Assembly (NCBI GenBank): GCA_035531675.1
Contig: DATKSL010000033.1
Coordinates: forward strand, 160,260-224,259
DNA: 64,000 nucleotides
Direction of reading: 5' to 3'
Origin: Candidatus Binataceae bacterium
GTDB lineage: Bacteria; Desulfobacterota; Binatia; Binatales; Binataceae
A program made the translations under genes and the position numbers. Below the pieces are notes generated by a model. It was not told the DNA's origin and did no database searches. It saw only the letters and a program-made list of their open reading frames with translations. This document shows positions 37,360-47,432 of this stretch, piece by piece (positions within the stretch are counted from its first letter, which is position 1; every line of letters begins with the position of its first letter).

Positions 37360-37767
37360 ATGATCAAAGAGACTAATCCAGGGCTGAGTATTCGCCGGAT
37401 ACTGCTGGCGAGCGCACTGATGGCGCTGACAGTGATCGCCTGCAACGGATCGTCAGCGTCGGCGCAGAGCGAAGCCAAGGTCAAGCGCCGCGTCATTCCA
37501 TTAACGCTCAGCAAGGGCCAGAATTACACCATCAGCGGCGTCGAGGAAGGCACCGGGCCAAACCCAAAGGTGGTCAGTAACCCCAACGCGCTGGTAATAC
37601 AGAACGCGCCGGGCCGGATCGAACTGGTGGGCGCCGACAGCGGCACCTGGAAGATCAACGTGCAGCTCGACAGCGGGGAAAAGGTAACCTACGAGGTGAC
37701 CGTGAAGGCCGATGCGCCGCCGCAGGGCTCTCTGGCTCCGGGCGCTGCACCGACCGTCATGCCTTGA
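37360..37767 (+). CDS. small secreted protein with pilus-assembly/secretin N-terminal-like (PF13629-type) domain
   Basis: GGAGGA RBS and ATG at 37360. Signal peptide. Pattern IPLTLSKGQ...V..NP.A.VIQ....I.L.G...G.W.I.V.L.SG....YEV.V matches the pilus-formation N-terminal domain consensus. Confidence 0.45.
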   Translation: MIKETNPGLSIRRILLASALMALTVIACNGSSASAQSEAKVKRRVIPLTLSKGQNYTISGVEEGTGPNPKVVSNPNALVIQNAPGRIELVGADSGTWKINVQLDSGEKVTYEVTVKADAPPQGSLAPGAAPTVMP

Positions 37768-37842
37768 CGGGAACTTTCGCCGACCCGCTCGCAGCGCGTT
37801 GGCGCCGGCCGCGAGTCGCTGCAATCAAACTGGAGGAAAATC

Positions 37843-38367
37843 ATGGCCAGACAAGTGCGACGGATCGTCACCGGTCATAACGCACAGGGGCGCTCGATAA
37901 TCGTCGCGGATGAAAAACTCCCCGCGCATCCCGCCGCTGACGCTCCGCTGCGGGTCGGGCTATGGCTGACCGACCGCGCCCCGGCCTCGAACCGCGGCAA
38001 CGAAAATCCCGTGCCGGACGGCGTGATCGATAAGACTCCGCCGCAGCATCGCGGCGGCAGTGTCTTCCGTATCGTCGAATTTCCTCCCGACAAGGGGCGC
38101 CGCCCGCAAAGCCCTGAAGAGATGATGAAGCGCGATATGGAGGTCACGCCGGAGCGGACCGCGCGTCATCCCGGGTTCCATCGCACCAATACGGTCGATT
38201 ACGCGCTCTGTCTCGAGGGTGAAATCTGGGCGCTGCTCGATGAGGGTGAGACGCTGATGTGCGCGGGCGACGTCATGATTCAGCGCGGCACCTACCATGC
38301 CTGGTCGAATCGCAGTGAGCGGCCGGCGGTGGTGGCCTTCGTTCTGATCGATGCCGACCCGGCATGA
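37843..38367 (+). CDS. cupin domain protein
   Basis: GGAGGAAAA RBS. C-terminal cupin beta-barrel motifs (GExxxxxxG, H..S). 174 aa. Confidence 0.7.
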   Translation: MARQVRRIVTGHNAQGRSIIVADEKLPAHPAADAPLRVGLWLTDRAPASNRGNENPVPDGVIDKTPPQHRGGSVFRIVEFPPDKGRRPQSPEEMMKRDMEVTPERTARHPGFHRTNTVDYALCLEGEIWALLDEGETLMCAGDVMIQRGTYHAWSNRSERPAVVAFVLIDADPA

Positions 38368-38488
38368 TCGGCAGAGCGGCGCGCAGGTCGATTATCTACC
38401 AGTCTCGCGACGGTGATGAGCCGGCCCGGCGCCGCAGGATAGCCTCATCGCTCGCCGGTCGACTTTCAGGAAGCTGACGCTCGCCGCG

Positions 38489-39547
38489 TTGGCGATCGTC
38501 GTTGCGCTCGCCGGCGGCGGTATCGCAGCGGCCGCGCAAGTTCAGGCTTGCGGCCCGTTTGGAGATCCTCCCGCCGGGCTGATCGGCGCGGTCAAGCCGG
38601 ATTGCGGGAGCGGCGAGTTGCTGGGGCCGTGGCAGGACGGCGACGGCACCGATCGCTACGCCTGTCTCTACGCTTCGCCATCGGCCGGCGCACATCGCAA
38701 GCTGCCCCTGCTGGTCTACCTCCATCCTTCTCTATTCGGGGCCAAAACGATTACGCGGACCGGGCTTTTGGACTTTCAGGAAAGCTATGAGCTGAGCAGC
38801 GATCCGCAGCGGCCCGGATTCATCGTGCTCGCGCCGCAAGGCCGCGAGATCGTCCACCATTACCCGCTGACCGACCGCACCGGTATCGGATGGGACAACT
38901 GGTATCGACAACTGAACCCGGCCGGCGCGGTCACGATTGGCGACCGCGTCTATACGGAAAACGTCGATGCGGCGACGATCGATCATTTCATCGCGCAGCA
39001 GGTGGCGAGCGGCCGGGTCGACACCGATCGCATCTACCTGACCGGCTGGTCCAACGGCGCGGCGATGGCGGTGCTCTATGCGCTCAATCGGCCCACGGTC
39101 GCGGCGGTCGCGGTCTACTCGGCGCCGGACCCGTTCGGCGCCTTCGACGATCCATGTCCGCAGCAACCGGTTGCGACCGCCCCGGCGGGCATCGCGGAGC
39201 TTCGACTCCTCAACCCCGAGGTTCCGATCATGCACATGCACAACGCCTGCGACGTGGCCAGCCTGTGTCCCAACGGTGAGAAGCTGGCGAGCGAGCTCCG
39301 CGCCGCGAGCGTCAGCCTGCGCGATGTGATGATCGACGCATCGGGCCGGCGCGTTCACGCCTGCGTGGCATATTGCGGCGCCAATCCCGCCGCCGGTCTC
39401 AGCTTCTTACGCCATCCGTTGGGCTATTATCTTGGCCTGCGCCATCACGTGCGATGGCCCGCGCAATGGAATCGCTACCTGCTCGATTTTCTGCGCCGCT
39501 ATTCGCGGCATAGTCGTTCGCGGCCGGTTACGGCTTCACCCCGGTAA
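38489..39547 (+). CDS. secreted esterase, PHB-depolymerase-like alpha/beta hydrolase
   Basis: Signal-like N-terminus (TTG start in the ORF track; the true start may be a few codons upstream). GWSNGA nucleophile elbow and LVYLHP oxyanion region. Confidence 0.55.
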   Translation: MAIVVALAGGGIAAAAQVQACGPFGDPPAGLIGAVKPDCGSGELLGPWQDGDGTDRYACLYASPSAGAHRKLPLLVYLHPSLFGAKTITRTGLLDFQESYELSSDPQRPGFIVLAPQGREIVHHYPLTDRTGIGWDNWYRQLNPAGAVTIGDRVYTENVDAATIDHFIAQQVASGRVDTDRIYLTGWSNGAAMAVLYALNRPTVAAVAVYSAPDPFGAFDDPCPQQPVATAPAGIAELRLLNPEVPIMHMHNACDVASLCPNGEKLASELRAASVSLRDVMIDASGRRVHACVAYCGANPAAGLSFLRHPLGYYLGLRHHVRWPAQWNRYLLDFLRRYSRHSRSRPVTASPR

Positions 39548-40574
39548 CGATGCTCCAGTAGCCGAAGGACGGAATCACCTCGATAGCGCCGAAGCCGGCC
39601 CCCTCGAGCATCTCGCGGATCTGACGGCCGCTCAGCTGCTCGGCTCCCGGCGGCGCCGCTATCAGCATCGTGACGTTCAGCGCTGCCGCCGCGAACGGGC
39701 CGCTGAGGTCGTCATTCAAGAGCACTTCATGCACGATAATTCGGCCACCGGCCGGCAGATTCTCGAAGCTCTTGCGGGCCAGAAATCGACACCTGTCGGC
39801 CGGCCAATCGTGGAAGATCTGCGAGTAAAAGTGCAGGTCGGCGGCCGGAAAGGGATCCTCGAAAAAATTACCCGCCTGAGTCGCGATGCGATCGGCGACG
39901 CCCTGCTGCGCCGCAAAGTGACGAGCCAACTCGCAGACCGCCGGCTGATCCATGATGGTCGCCTTGAGATTCGGCCACACCGTCAGTGCGCCGATCGAAT
40001 GCACCGCTGAACCGCCGCCGACGTCGAGCAGCATCCGATTGCGCGACAGGTCGACGCGCCGCGGCCATTCCAGCGACGGTCCGACGCTGACGCTGTGCAT
40101 CGCGCGGATGAAGTTGGTCGCCTGTTCGACGTACCATTCACCGAAGGCGCCGACCGGATCGGCGAACGGCCCCTGCGGCCGGTCGGTGGTTACGGCCTTG
40201 AGCAGCGTTTCAGGGGTGAAGACTCCGACCAGCGGTGTCCATACGTCGTACAGCCATCCAAAGTAGGTCGGACTTGAGGGCAGCAGGTAATCCTCGGCAA
40301 CCTCAGTCAGCGCATAGCGCCCGTCGCGCAGGGCAATCAGGCCGAGTGAGGCGCAGATCGCAAGCACGGCCAGGGCAGGCCGCCGCGCGATGTGCTTGGT
40401 GGCGCAGACCTCGTCGAGCGTGAGCGGCTTCTCCCCGAGCAGTTCGAACAGCTTCATCTGCCGGGCGGCCAGGACCATCGGATAGCCGGCGACGGCCATC
40501 ACCACGTCCCACAGTTTGCGATCGTCGACGCGAGGTCTGGAGCCTGGCGCCGGTTCTTGCTTCGCCATCTTCAA
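39528..40574 (-). CDS. class I SAM-dependent O-methyltransferase (COMT-like, with N-terminal dimerisation domain)
   Basis: LLDVGGGSA SAM-binding motif I and downstream motifs. 348 aa. Convergent 20-nt overlap with the esterase gene. Confidence 0.75.
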   Translation of the reverse strand: MKMAKQEPAPGSRPRVDDRKLWDVVMAVAGYPMVLAARQMKLFELLGEKPLTLDEVCATKHIARRPALAVLAICASLGLIALRDGRYALTEVAEDYLLPSSPTYFGWLYDVWTPLVGVFTPETLLKAVTTDRPQGPFADPVGAFGEWYVEQATNFIRAMHSVSVGPSLEWPRRVDLSRNRMLLDVGGGSAVHSIGALTVWPNLKATIMDQPAVCELARHFAAQQGVADRIATQAGNFFEDPFPAADLHFYSQIFHDWPADRCRFLARKSFENLPAGGRIIVHEVLLNDDLSGPFAAAALNVTMLIAAPPGAEQLSGRQIREMLEGAGFGAIEVIPSFGYWSIVTGVKP

Positions 40575-40759
40575 CTCCTGTTCGATGCCTGCGATCAGCT
40601 AAGCTGCCGGCCTTCGATTTTGTCAAACGCGAAGCGCTGGCAGCCGCGCGCCAGCCCAAGTTTCAGCCTGCGGGCGAGAGTGCTTTTTGCGGGAGACCGT
40701 TGCCTTGCGTCGATGGCCGAAAAGTTTCCGGACAGATTGGTTCTCTCCGGACCCAAACC

Positions 40760-42025
40760 CTAGGATGCCGAACCCGGCGCCGTGAGCGGCGATCCTGACG
40801 CCGTCCGCCGCTGAAATCGGCCCTGTTCAATAGTCAGCGGCAGACATCCGAGGGATATCGCCGCGGCCACGATCAGCAAAACGATGAAAAGCAAAAAAGC
40901 ATCTTGATAACTGTGAGTAACATCGAAAATCCGGCCGGTCACTAACGGTCCGATCGAAGCGCCGCTGGTAACGAAGAAAAATAAGATGCCCGAGATCGAC
41001 CCGTAACGCTTGAGGCCCAGCGATTCGGCGGTCACCAGCGGACACAGCGCGAGCTGGGCTTCGAAGGTAAGCCCGAACAGTACCGCGAACAACACCAACA
41101 GGGCGGGGCTTTGCGCGCCCAGCACCAAGGCGATTCCAAGCGCCTCGATGACAAAATCGATTAGCAGGGCAGTCCGGCTGCCGACGCGATCGGCCAGGAC
41201 TCCGAAAGCAATCTTGCCGAGCGAAGCGCAGAGAAAAATCGCGCTCATCGTCAGCGCGGCAGTAGTGGGTTTGTAACCGAGCCCGATCAGATTTACGATT
41301 ACATGTACCACCATCGCGCCAGCGACGAAGGCATAAATGAAATAGGCAATTGCAATCAGCCAGAAGGAGCGCGTCTTCAGGGCCTCACTTAGCTCGAGAC
41401 CTTCGACCGGCGCCGCTGCCTGAGCGCCGCCGTGTTGCGTTTCGGCCCGCGGCTTGCCGCGCACGACGAAAATCAACAGCGGAAGTAGAATCAGGAAAAT
41501 GGGCGCCGCTACCACTTCGTAACCAAAGCGCCAGCCGCCCGCTCTGATCGCGCGATCGACGACCGGCACCAGGATCATGCCGCCAAACGAGGTCCCCATC
41601 ATGGTGATTCCCATCGCCAGGCCGCGCCGCCGCTCGGCGAACCAGTTCGCCACCACCACCGAGCACGGCATCATCGTGCAGCCGCCGACGCCGATACCGA
41701 GCACCAGGTAGCAAAGAATGAAAACCGGGTATGAATTAGCCTGGCTGGCGCCGATAAATGCCAATCCGGCCAAGGCCGCGGAGACCGAAAGTACGATCGC
41801 CGGCTCGATTCGGTCGAGCAGCCAACCGGCGAACAGTCCAGAGAAGCCGGCGGCCGATGCGGTGGCGGTGAAGGCCAGCGACAACGCAGTGCGGCTCCAT
41901 CCGAAATGGTGCAAGAGGTAGGGTACGAAGATCCCGAAGCTTTCGACCGAAGCGCCGAAAACCAGGAACAACGAGATGAACAGGCTCGCAACGACGAGCC
42001 ATCCGTGCAATTCCCGTCTTGTCAT
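40760..42025 (-). CDS. MFS transporter (oxalate/formate antiporter-like subfamily)
   Basis: 12 hydrophobic helices and MFS signature loops. 421 aa. Confidence 0.8.
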   Translation of the reverse strand: MTRRELHGWLVVASLFISLFLVFGASVESFGIFVPYLLHHFGWSRTALSLAFTATASAAGFSGLFAGWLLDRIEPAIVLSVSAALAGLAFIGASQANSYPVFILCYLVLGIGVGGCTMMPCSVVVANWFAERRRGLAMGITMMGTSFGGMILVPVVDRAIRAGGWRFGYEVVAAPIFLILLPLLIFVVRGKPRAETQHGGAQAAAPVEGLELSEALKTRSFWLIAIAYFIYAFVAGAMVVHVIVNLIGLGYKPTTAALTMSAIFLCASLGKIAFGVLADRVGSRTALLIDFVIEALGIALVLGAQSPALLVLFAVLFGLTFEAQLALCPLVTAESLGLKRYGSISGILFFFVTSGASIGPLVTGRIFDVTHSYQDAFLLFIVLLIVAAAISLGCLPLTIEQGRFQRRTASGSPLTAPGSAS

Positions 42026-42274
42026 ATCCGCCCCAATCGCTCGCCGCGCGAGGTGATACTCGCGATCGCGAGCGGCTCCGAGGTCTCGCTGTTAAACCTG
42101 GTACGCGGAATTGGCGAGACGTTTCCAAGAGCCCACGTAACGCCTTAGAACGGCGGCGTCAAGCGCGGCCGAAATCATACTGTCAGAAGCGGAAGACGCG
42201 GTCCGTCGCCTGGCGGGATTGGGCCGCAAACCGCCGGCGATCCAGGTCGCGATCAAGCCAGGGAGCTGACGTCG

Positions 42275-42751
42275 CTAGATCAATGGCAATTGACTCAGCG
42301 GCTGGTTGTTGGAAATCAGGTAAACCTTCTTGAAGGCTATCCGCCAGCCATCGCCGGTCGAACGTAGACGGTATTCGCAGGAAATGGGATGAGCCTCGAG
42401 CCGGGAGTCCTTCAAAACGTAAAGCAGGACGCTGGCGCGGACCTGCAGCAGCCCTTCGGACTCATCGGCGATGGTCACGTTGCTGACGAAATATTTGGTT
42501 CGCGGCGGAGGCATCTGGCTGGGATTCGACGGATCGAGGCTGCGGGCCGCACGGGCCCTTAGCGCACCGAAGTTTTCATAGACGATCACCGCATCGTCGC
42601 TGATGTCGCCGTCTTCAGCGGCGTTTGGAATCCAGTAGGCGACGTCTTCGGTCAACAGCTTCAGCCATTCGTTGAAGCGCCGCCGCTCGAGCAGCCAGGC
42701 TTCATGATACAGAAACTGCTCGATCTCATGTTGCCGCTCAAGGGTTGCCAT
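42275..42751 (-). CDS. aromatic-ring-hydroxylating dioxygenase beta subunit (NTF2-like)
   Basis: 158 aa with beta-subunit motifs (EQFLYHEAWLLE, YWIP). Lies immediately downstream of the alpha subunit gene. Confidence 0.75.
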   Translation of the reverse strand: MATLERQHEIEQFLYHEAWLLERRRFNEWLKLLTEDVAYWIPNAAEDGDISDDAVIVYENFGALRARAARSLDPSNPSQMPPPRTKYFVSNVTIADESEGLLQVRASVLLYVLKDSRLEAHPISCEYRLRSTGDGWRIAFKKVYLISNNQPLSQLPLI

Positions 42752-42759
42752 CGTCTGCG

Positions 42760-44061
42760 CTACCGATAACTCGCGCTATGGTCAGATGCGTGAGCGGCGT
42801 TAGTCGCCGGCGCGGTCATCCATCGGGCCCATTCGCGGTACTGGCCCCGGATGGCGGCCTCGCTGGTGCCATAGGATACATTCTCGCCCTGAACGTCGAC
42901 GTGCTCTTCCTCCCCGTACAGCTTGAAGGGTATCCACTCGATCGCACCGGAGCCGAGACCTTCCTGGACCCAGTTGAAGGCCTGCAGGTCGTCGACCTGC
43001 ACCTCCCCGGCGGCCGACACGTGATGCGAGGTGTTATATATCAACGCGTCGTTGACGCTCTTTGAAGCGCCGACGAGTTTGCACGGGTAAGTATTGACTA
43101 TAGTATGATCGACGCTCACCGGCTTTATTACCCGGTAGTGGTTCATCCGCACATGAATCAGCAGGTTCGGATAGATTATCAAGTGTATATCGGCGTCGCG
43201 TAGTTCCTGGGCGCGCTCCGTCCCGGCACGCTTCGCCAAGGTCCGCAGGTATTCGTCGTCATAGGCGTTCATCCAGAGCGCTCCGCGTCCGCCCTGGTAA
43301 TCCGCCATGCTATGCCCGTGGCCCAGAACGCGCTCGACGTAGCGCCCACCCGATCGGGCATTCAGCGGCTGATCGCCGAACTTCTCCTTCAGCATCTGCA
43401 CGCCGATAGAAAGTACGCTGTGATGGAGCACGGCCGGATGATAATTGTCGGAGTAGTTCTCCACCTGCAATTTCCAGTTACCGCGATAATGGTACTGAAC
43501 CGGCTTAACCGCAGCGATGGCCTGGTCCGGCGCGCGCGCGACCATCAGGTCCAGGTATCGTTTGGCGCCACCCAAATATTCTTCGAGCGACTCCCCCTCC
43601 GGAGCCAGCGAAGCGAAGATGAAGCCCTGATAGCTTTGCACCCTGGGGATCGGAACCAGGCCATGCGCCGGTAAGTCGAGGCCGCGCATATGCTCGCGCA
43701 TCGGCACCCCGCGCAAGGCGCCGTCATTAGCGAAAGTCCAGCCATGGTACATGCATTTGAAGGCTTGCGTATTGCCGTAAGATTCGTGGCAGAGCAGGGC
43801 GCCGCGATGGCGGCAGACGTTATGAAAGAGACCGATGCTGCCGTCCTGCTGGCGCACCAGGAGCAGGCGCCAGCGGCTGAGCTGATCGGTCTTGAAGTCG
43901 CCGGGCCGGGGTATCTCGCTGTCATGGGCGACGAAGATCCAGCTGCGGCCGAACAGCCGTTCGAGTTCATGGGCGAAGATTGCGGGGTCGGTGTAAACGC
44001 TCTGATGAACCTCGTCATCTTTGACCAGCGTGGCCAGGTCCGTCGGAGATTCGATGCTCAT
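42760..44061 (-). CDS. Rieske non-heme iron aromatic-ring-hydroxylating dioxygenase alpha subunit
   Basis: Rieske CRHRG...CMYHGW and a catalytic domain with a conserved His/Asp region (NYHPAVLHH). 433 aa. Confidence 0.8.
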   Translation of the reverse strand: MSIESPTDLATLVKDDEVHQSVYTDPAIFAHELERLFGRSWIFVAHDSEIPRPGDFKTDQLSRWRLLLVRQQDGSIGLFHNVCRHRGALLCHESYGNTQAFKCMYHGWTFANDGALRGVPMREHMRGLDLPAHGLVPIPRVQSYQGFIFASLAPEGESLEEYLGGAKRYLDLMVARAPDQAIAAVKPVQYHYRGNWKLQVENYSDNYHPAVLHHSVLSIGVQMLKEKFGDQPLNARSGGRYVERVLGHGHSMADYQGGRGALWMNAYDDEYLRTLAKRAGTERAQELRDADIHLIIYPNLLIHVRMNHYRVIKPVSVDHTIVNTYPCKLVGASKSVNDALIYNTSHHVSAAGEVQVDDLQAFNWVQEGLGSGAIEWIPFKLYGEEEHVDVQGENVSYGTSEAAIRGQYREWARWMTAPATNAAHASDHSASYR

Positions 44062-44098
44062 CCGTGTGCCTCCGTGCGATCCGTCTCAGCCGGCGAGG

Positions 44099-45148
44099 TT
44101 AGAGGCGATAAAGGCGCCGTGCATTGTCGCCGAGAATGCGGGCTTTGCTGGAAGCGGCGAGGTCTTCGCGCGCCTGAAACTTTCGCAGCCGACTTGCTAC
44201 TTCATCCGGAGCGATGTGTGGGTAATCGGATGCGTATAGCAACTGCGCGTCGCCGAGCGCCTCGATCGCATACGGCAGGATCATTTCGTCGGTCTCACAA
44301 TGAAAAAACAACTGGCCCCCGGTCAGATACTCGCGCGGCGAGCGGGTGAGTTCCGGGGTTTCGTACGACCACTGCTCGTAGGCCTCTTCCATACGATCCA
44401 GGTTGAACAGCAGCCAGCCGATACCGGCCTCCATGAACGCGAAGCGAACCTCGGAAAAGCGTTCGAACACGCCGCTGAACATCATGTGCGTCATCTGGAT
44501 CATCTGGCTGGTCGGATGGCCGAGGCAGCGCGCCATGATCGCGCGGTCCATCATGTCGAGGCGATGGCCGGGGCCGCCGGCATGCACCGCGATCATCATG
44601 TTCAACTCACGAGCGGTTGCGTAAATCGGATCGTAAAAGCGATCGCCGAGCGGCCGCTGCACGCCGGCGGAGATGAAGAAGCCGACCATGCCCTTGAGTT
44701 CGGCCGCGACCCGGCGCATCTCCTGCGCGGCCTGGCGCGGATTGATGGTGGGGATGATCGCCATGCCTTTGAGCCGCGGATTTTCGGACAGGAACTTGTG
44801 ATGGAGCCAATTGTTGTAGGCTGTGGAAACGGCCGCAGCCCAGTCCTGCTCTTTGACCTGACCGATGGTCATGGCCGCGGTGGGGTAGAGCACCGTGCCT
44901 TCCATGCCGAGCTCATCGAGCACCTGGAGCCATTGCTCCGGCTTGCCCTCTTCACCCCGGCTCGAGTTGCTACCCTCCGGATAGTTTCCGGCTATCGACA
45001 GCGCGGTTCGATTCCAGTCGTCGAAGGCCGGGAAGAAAGGCGTGTGCAGCAAGTTGGTTTTGCCGCGGAACGGATCTTCAAGGAATTTGAAGATCTCGGT
45101 CTGGCTCTCGAAGATATGGCCGTCCGCGTCAAACATCGGCTTCCCCAT
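44099..45148 (-). CDS. amidohydrolase-2 family protein (LigW/LigY/ACMSD-like)
   Basis: N-terminal FDADGHIFE metal motif and conserved His/Asp core. Start at 45148 (or at the ATG at 45136 preceded by GGGGAAG); the ORF is open to 45193. Confidence 0.75.
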   Translation of the reverse strand: MGKPMFDADGHIFESQTEIFKFLEDPFRGKTNLLHTPFFPAFDDWNRTALSIAGNYPEGSNSSRGEEGKPEQWLQVLDELGMEGTVLYPTAAMTIGQVKEQDWAAAVSTAYNNWLHHKFLSENPRLKGMAIIPTINPRQAAQEMRRVAAELKGMVGFFISAGVQRPLGDRFYDPIYATARELNMMIAVHAGGPGHRLDMMDRAIMARCLGHPTSQMIQMTHMMFSGVFERFSEVRFAFMEAGIGWLLFNLDRMEEAYEQWSYETPELTRSPREYLTGGQLFFHCETDEMILPYAIEALGDAQLLYASDYPHIAPDEVASRLRKFQAREDLAASSKARILGDNARRLYRL

Positions 45149-45288
45149 TGACGATGCTGCCTGATGCCTCGAATACGCTTTCCGACTCATCACTTCAAGC
45201 TGAAGCCATCATCAGCCTGGCCGGCTGCGTCATCGAAGTAATCGCGGCCGTGAGTGAGCTGCAATCGGCATGCCGTTCGCGTTGCGTT

Positions 45289-46131
45289 TCAGGACGGGAG
45301 AAATTCGCGCAGCGCGGCCAGCACTTCAGGTTCGACCAGGGAAGGAAGATGGCCGATGCCGGGGACTTCGACGAGTCGCGCATTCTTCGCCACGCTGCAC
45401 ATCCGCTGAGCCGTCGCGAGCGGCAGCACCTCGCTGTCGCCGCCGCGCACGATCAGGACCGGTATGGTCAGTTGCTCGAATTGCGGCCATAGATCGAGCT
45501 GACGAATCGGCGTCTTGCCGGGGGCGGTCCCGCGCAAAGCCGGATCGATTTTCCACGTCAGCCGCCCCGACGGTGTTGGTTTGACGCTCCAGCGCGCGGC
45601 CTCGGCCAGGATTTCGCCTCTATAGCCTGCGAGCCCGGTCATCGACGGGTTATCTCGATAGTAGCGAACCACGGCATCGAGATTTTCGAAGTCGGCAGGG
45701 GTGTCGGCGACGTTGCGGTTGATGCGCGCGGTAACCGCGGCGTCGAGACTCGGCGCGATGTCGTTCAGCACCAGCCGATCCAGCCGCTCCGGATGGTTCG
45801 CGGCATAGAGCATCGCCAGCCGCCCGCCCATCGAGTTGCCGACCAGGCTCACCCGGCGAATCGAGAGAGCGTCGAGCAACGCCGCCAAATCTTCGACGTA
45901 GGTCGGGATGTTGTAGTCCTGCGCCGGTCCCCATTGGCTATCGCCGCGCCCTCTGACGTCAAGCGCGATAACTCGATGGCGCGGCGCGAGTTGGTGGGCC
46001 AGCGGGTCGAAGTCGTGCGCGTTGTTGGTGAGCCCGTGGAGACAGACAACGACCGGCGCCGCCGCCTCGCCGAACTCGAGATAATGAAGACGCAGTCCTC
46101 GGATCGCAATGAACTTGTCGGTGGATGTCAT
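45289..46131 (-). CDS. alpha/beta hydrolase fold protein
   Basis: CLHGL, GNSMGG nucleophile elbow and a C-terminal GHLP His region. Start chosen at MTSTD (46131). Confidence 0.7.
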   Translation of the reverse strand: MTSTDKFIAIRGLRLHYLEFGEAAAPVVVCLHGLTNNAHDFDPLAHQLAPRHRVIALDVRGRGDSQWGPAQDYNIPTYVEDLAALLDALSIRRVSLVGNSMGGRLAMLYAANHPERLDRLVLNDIAPSLDAAVTARINRNVADTPADFENLDAVVRYYRDNPSMTGLAGYRGEILAEAARWSVKPTPSGRLTWKIDPALRGTAPGKTPIRQLDLWPQFEQLTIPVLIVRGGDSEVLPLATAQRMCSVAKNARLVEVPGIGHLPSLVEPEVLAALREFLPS

Positions 46132-46169
46132 ATCGTTCGAATCGTCTCTCGATTTCGCGCGCAAATTCG

Positions 46170-47378
46170 CTATGAGCCGGCCGCTTGCAGGCGATTGGCG
46201 GCGTTCCCACTTTGATGACGCGGCTCGCGCGCGGACCTGCCGTTTTCAAGATCGCGGGCGTTGCGCAGAACGTAATCGCGCCATGCGATCTGGAACAGGT
46301 CGGGTTCGAAGAGGCGCGTCGGTCCATTCCATTGGCCCTGATGGCGCTTGGCGAAGTCCTCGGAGTTGCCGACCATCGAAATATCCTGCCGATTGAAACG
46401 AATCATCCCGGCCGGGCGTCCCCAAGTGTAGTAGCGCCACAGAAACCAGGCGCGTTCGAGAGCGGTTTTGGGGAAGCCGCACGCGATCTGAAAGTAGTTG
46501 TAATGGTCGGCGTCGATCTGCACGAACCATTCGTAGTAGAGCGCGCCGTTGAGCGGGAAATGCGTCACCCGCGTGATCCCGGGCAGCCGCATCGAGACCT
46601 TGGCGGCGATGCCGAGCTGCGGCGACATCTCCTCGCGCACCAGGCCCCAGGCCGAACCCGGTTGCGGCCAGGTCCCCAGCCCCGGATACTCGGCCGACAT
46701 CTGGATTTCGTTGCAATACTCGCACAGCCACGGGCCGCAGTCGGCCTCCTCGAGCCGCGCTTCGATACCCTTGGCGATTCCCGGGTAACTGCGCATCCGC
46801 ATATACATCGAGCTGCGATGCAGCATCAGCGCATGGCCGAGCCCCGGGTTTTCGACGTGCCATCGCCAGTTGCCATAGGTATGGCGTCGCACGACTTTGA
46901 TCACGGTCGCCTGCCGCAATAGCTCCGGGATATCCGCTTCCGGCGCGACCGGCGCCTGCTTGCCCATCCAGATCCACAGGATCCCCTGGCACTCGGTCAC
47001 CGGATAGGTGCGGACCGCGACCTTGTTGGCGATGGCGCTGCCCGGCCCGGCGGTCAGCGCGCCGACGCATCTCCCGCTCGGCACGTCGAAGGTCCAGCCA
47101 TGATAGGCGCAACTGATCGTGTTGGTGCCGGGGAACTGGCAACTGCCGAGCGAAAGCCGGGTCCCGCGATGAGGGCACTCGTCGGCCAGCGCGTAGATTT
47201 TGCCGGCGCGGCGCATGAAAGCGATGGGCTCGCCCATGATGGTCAGGGCCAATGGTTTCTCGCCGACTTCGCGCGTCAGGCAGGCCGGATACCAGTATTC
47301 GCGAAAGCCCATCACCGGCACGACCTCATCGTAACTGCGGACAACTTCGGCGGCCCTGTCATCTGGTGTGTTCATCAC
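46170..47378 (-). CDS. Rieske (2Fe-2S) non-heme iron oxygenase, alpha-only type (KshA/VanA/LigXa-like monooxygenase or O-demethylase)
   Basis: Rieske CPHRG...CAYHGW followed by a catalytic domain. No beta subunit is adjacent. 402 aa. Confidence 0.7.
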   Translation of the reverse strand: MMNTPDDRAAEVVRSYDEVVPVMGFREYWYPACLTREVGEKPLALTIMGEPIAFMRRAGKIYALADECPHRGTRLSLGSCQFPGTNTISCAYHGWTFDVPSGRCVGALTAGPGSAIANKVAVRTYPVTECQGILWIWMGKQAPVAPEADIPELLRQATVIKVVRRHTYGNWRWHVENPGLGHALMLHRSSMYMRMRSYPGIAKGIEARLEEADCGPWLCEYCNEIQMSAEYPGLGTWPQPGSAWGLVREEMSPQLGIAAKVSMRLPGITRVTHFPLNGALYYEWFVQIDADHYNYFQIACGFPKTALERAWFLWRYYTWGRPAGMIRFNRQDISMVGNSEDFAKRHQGQWNGPTRLFEPDLFQIAWRDYVLRNARDLENGRSAREPRHQSGNAANRLQAAGS

Positions 47379-47432
47379 GATTACTCCCGTTGTAAATCCC
47401 GGTTCGACTTCCTGGCGTCAGCAGTTGAATGG

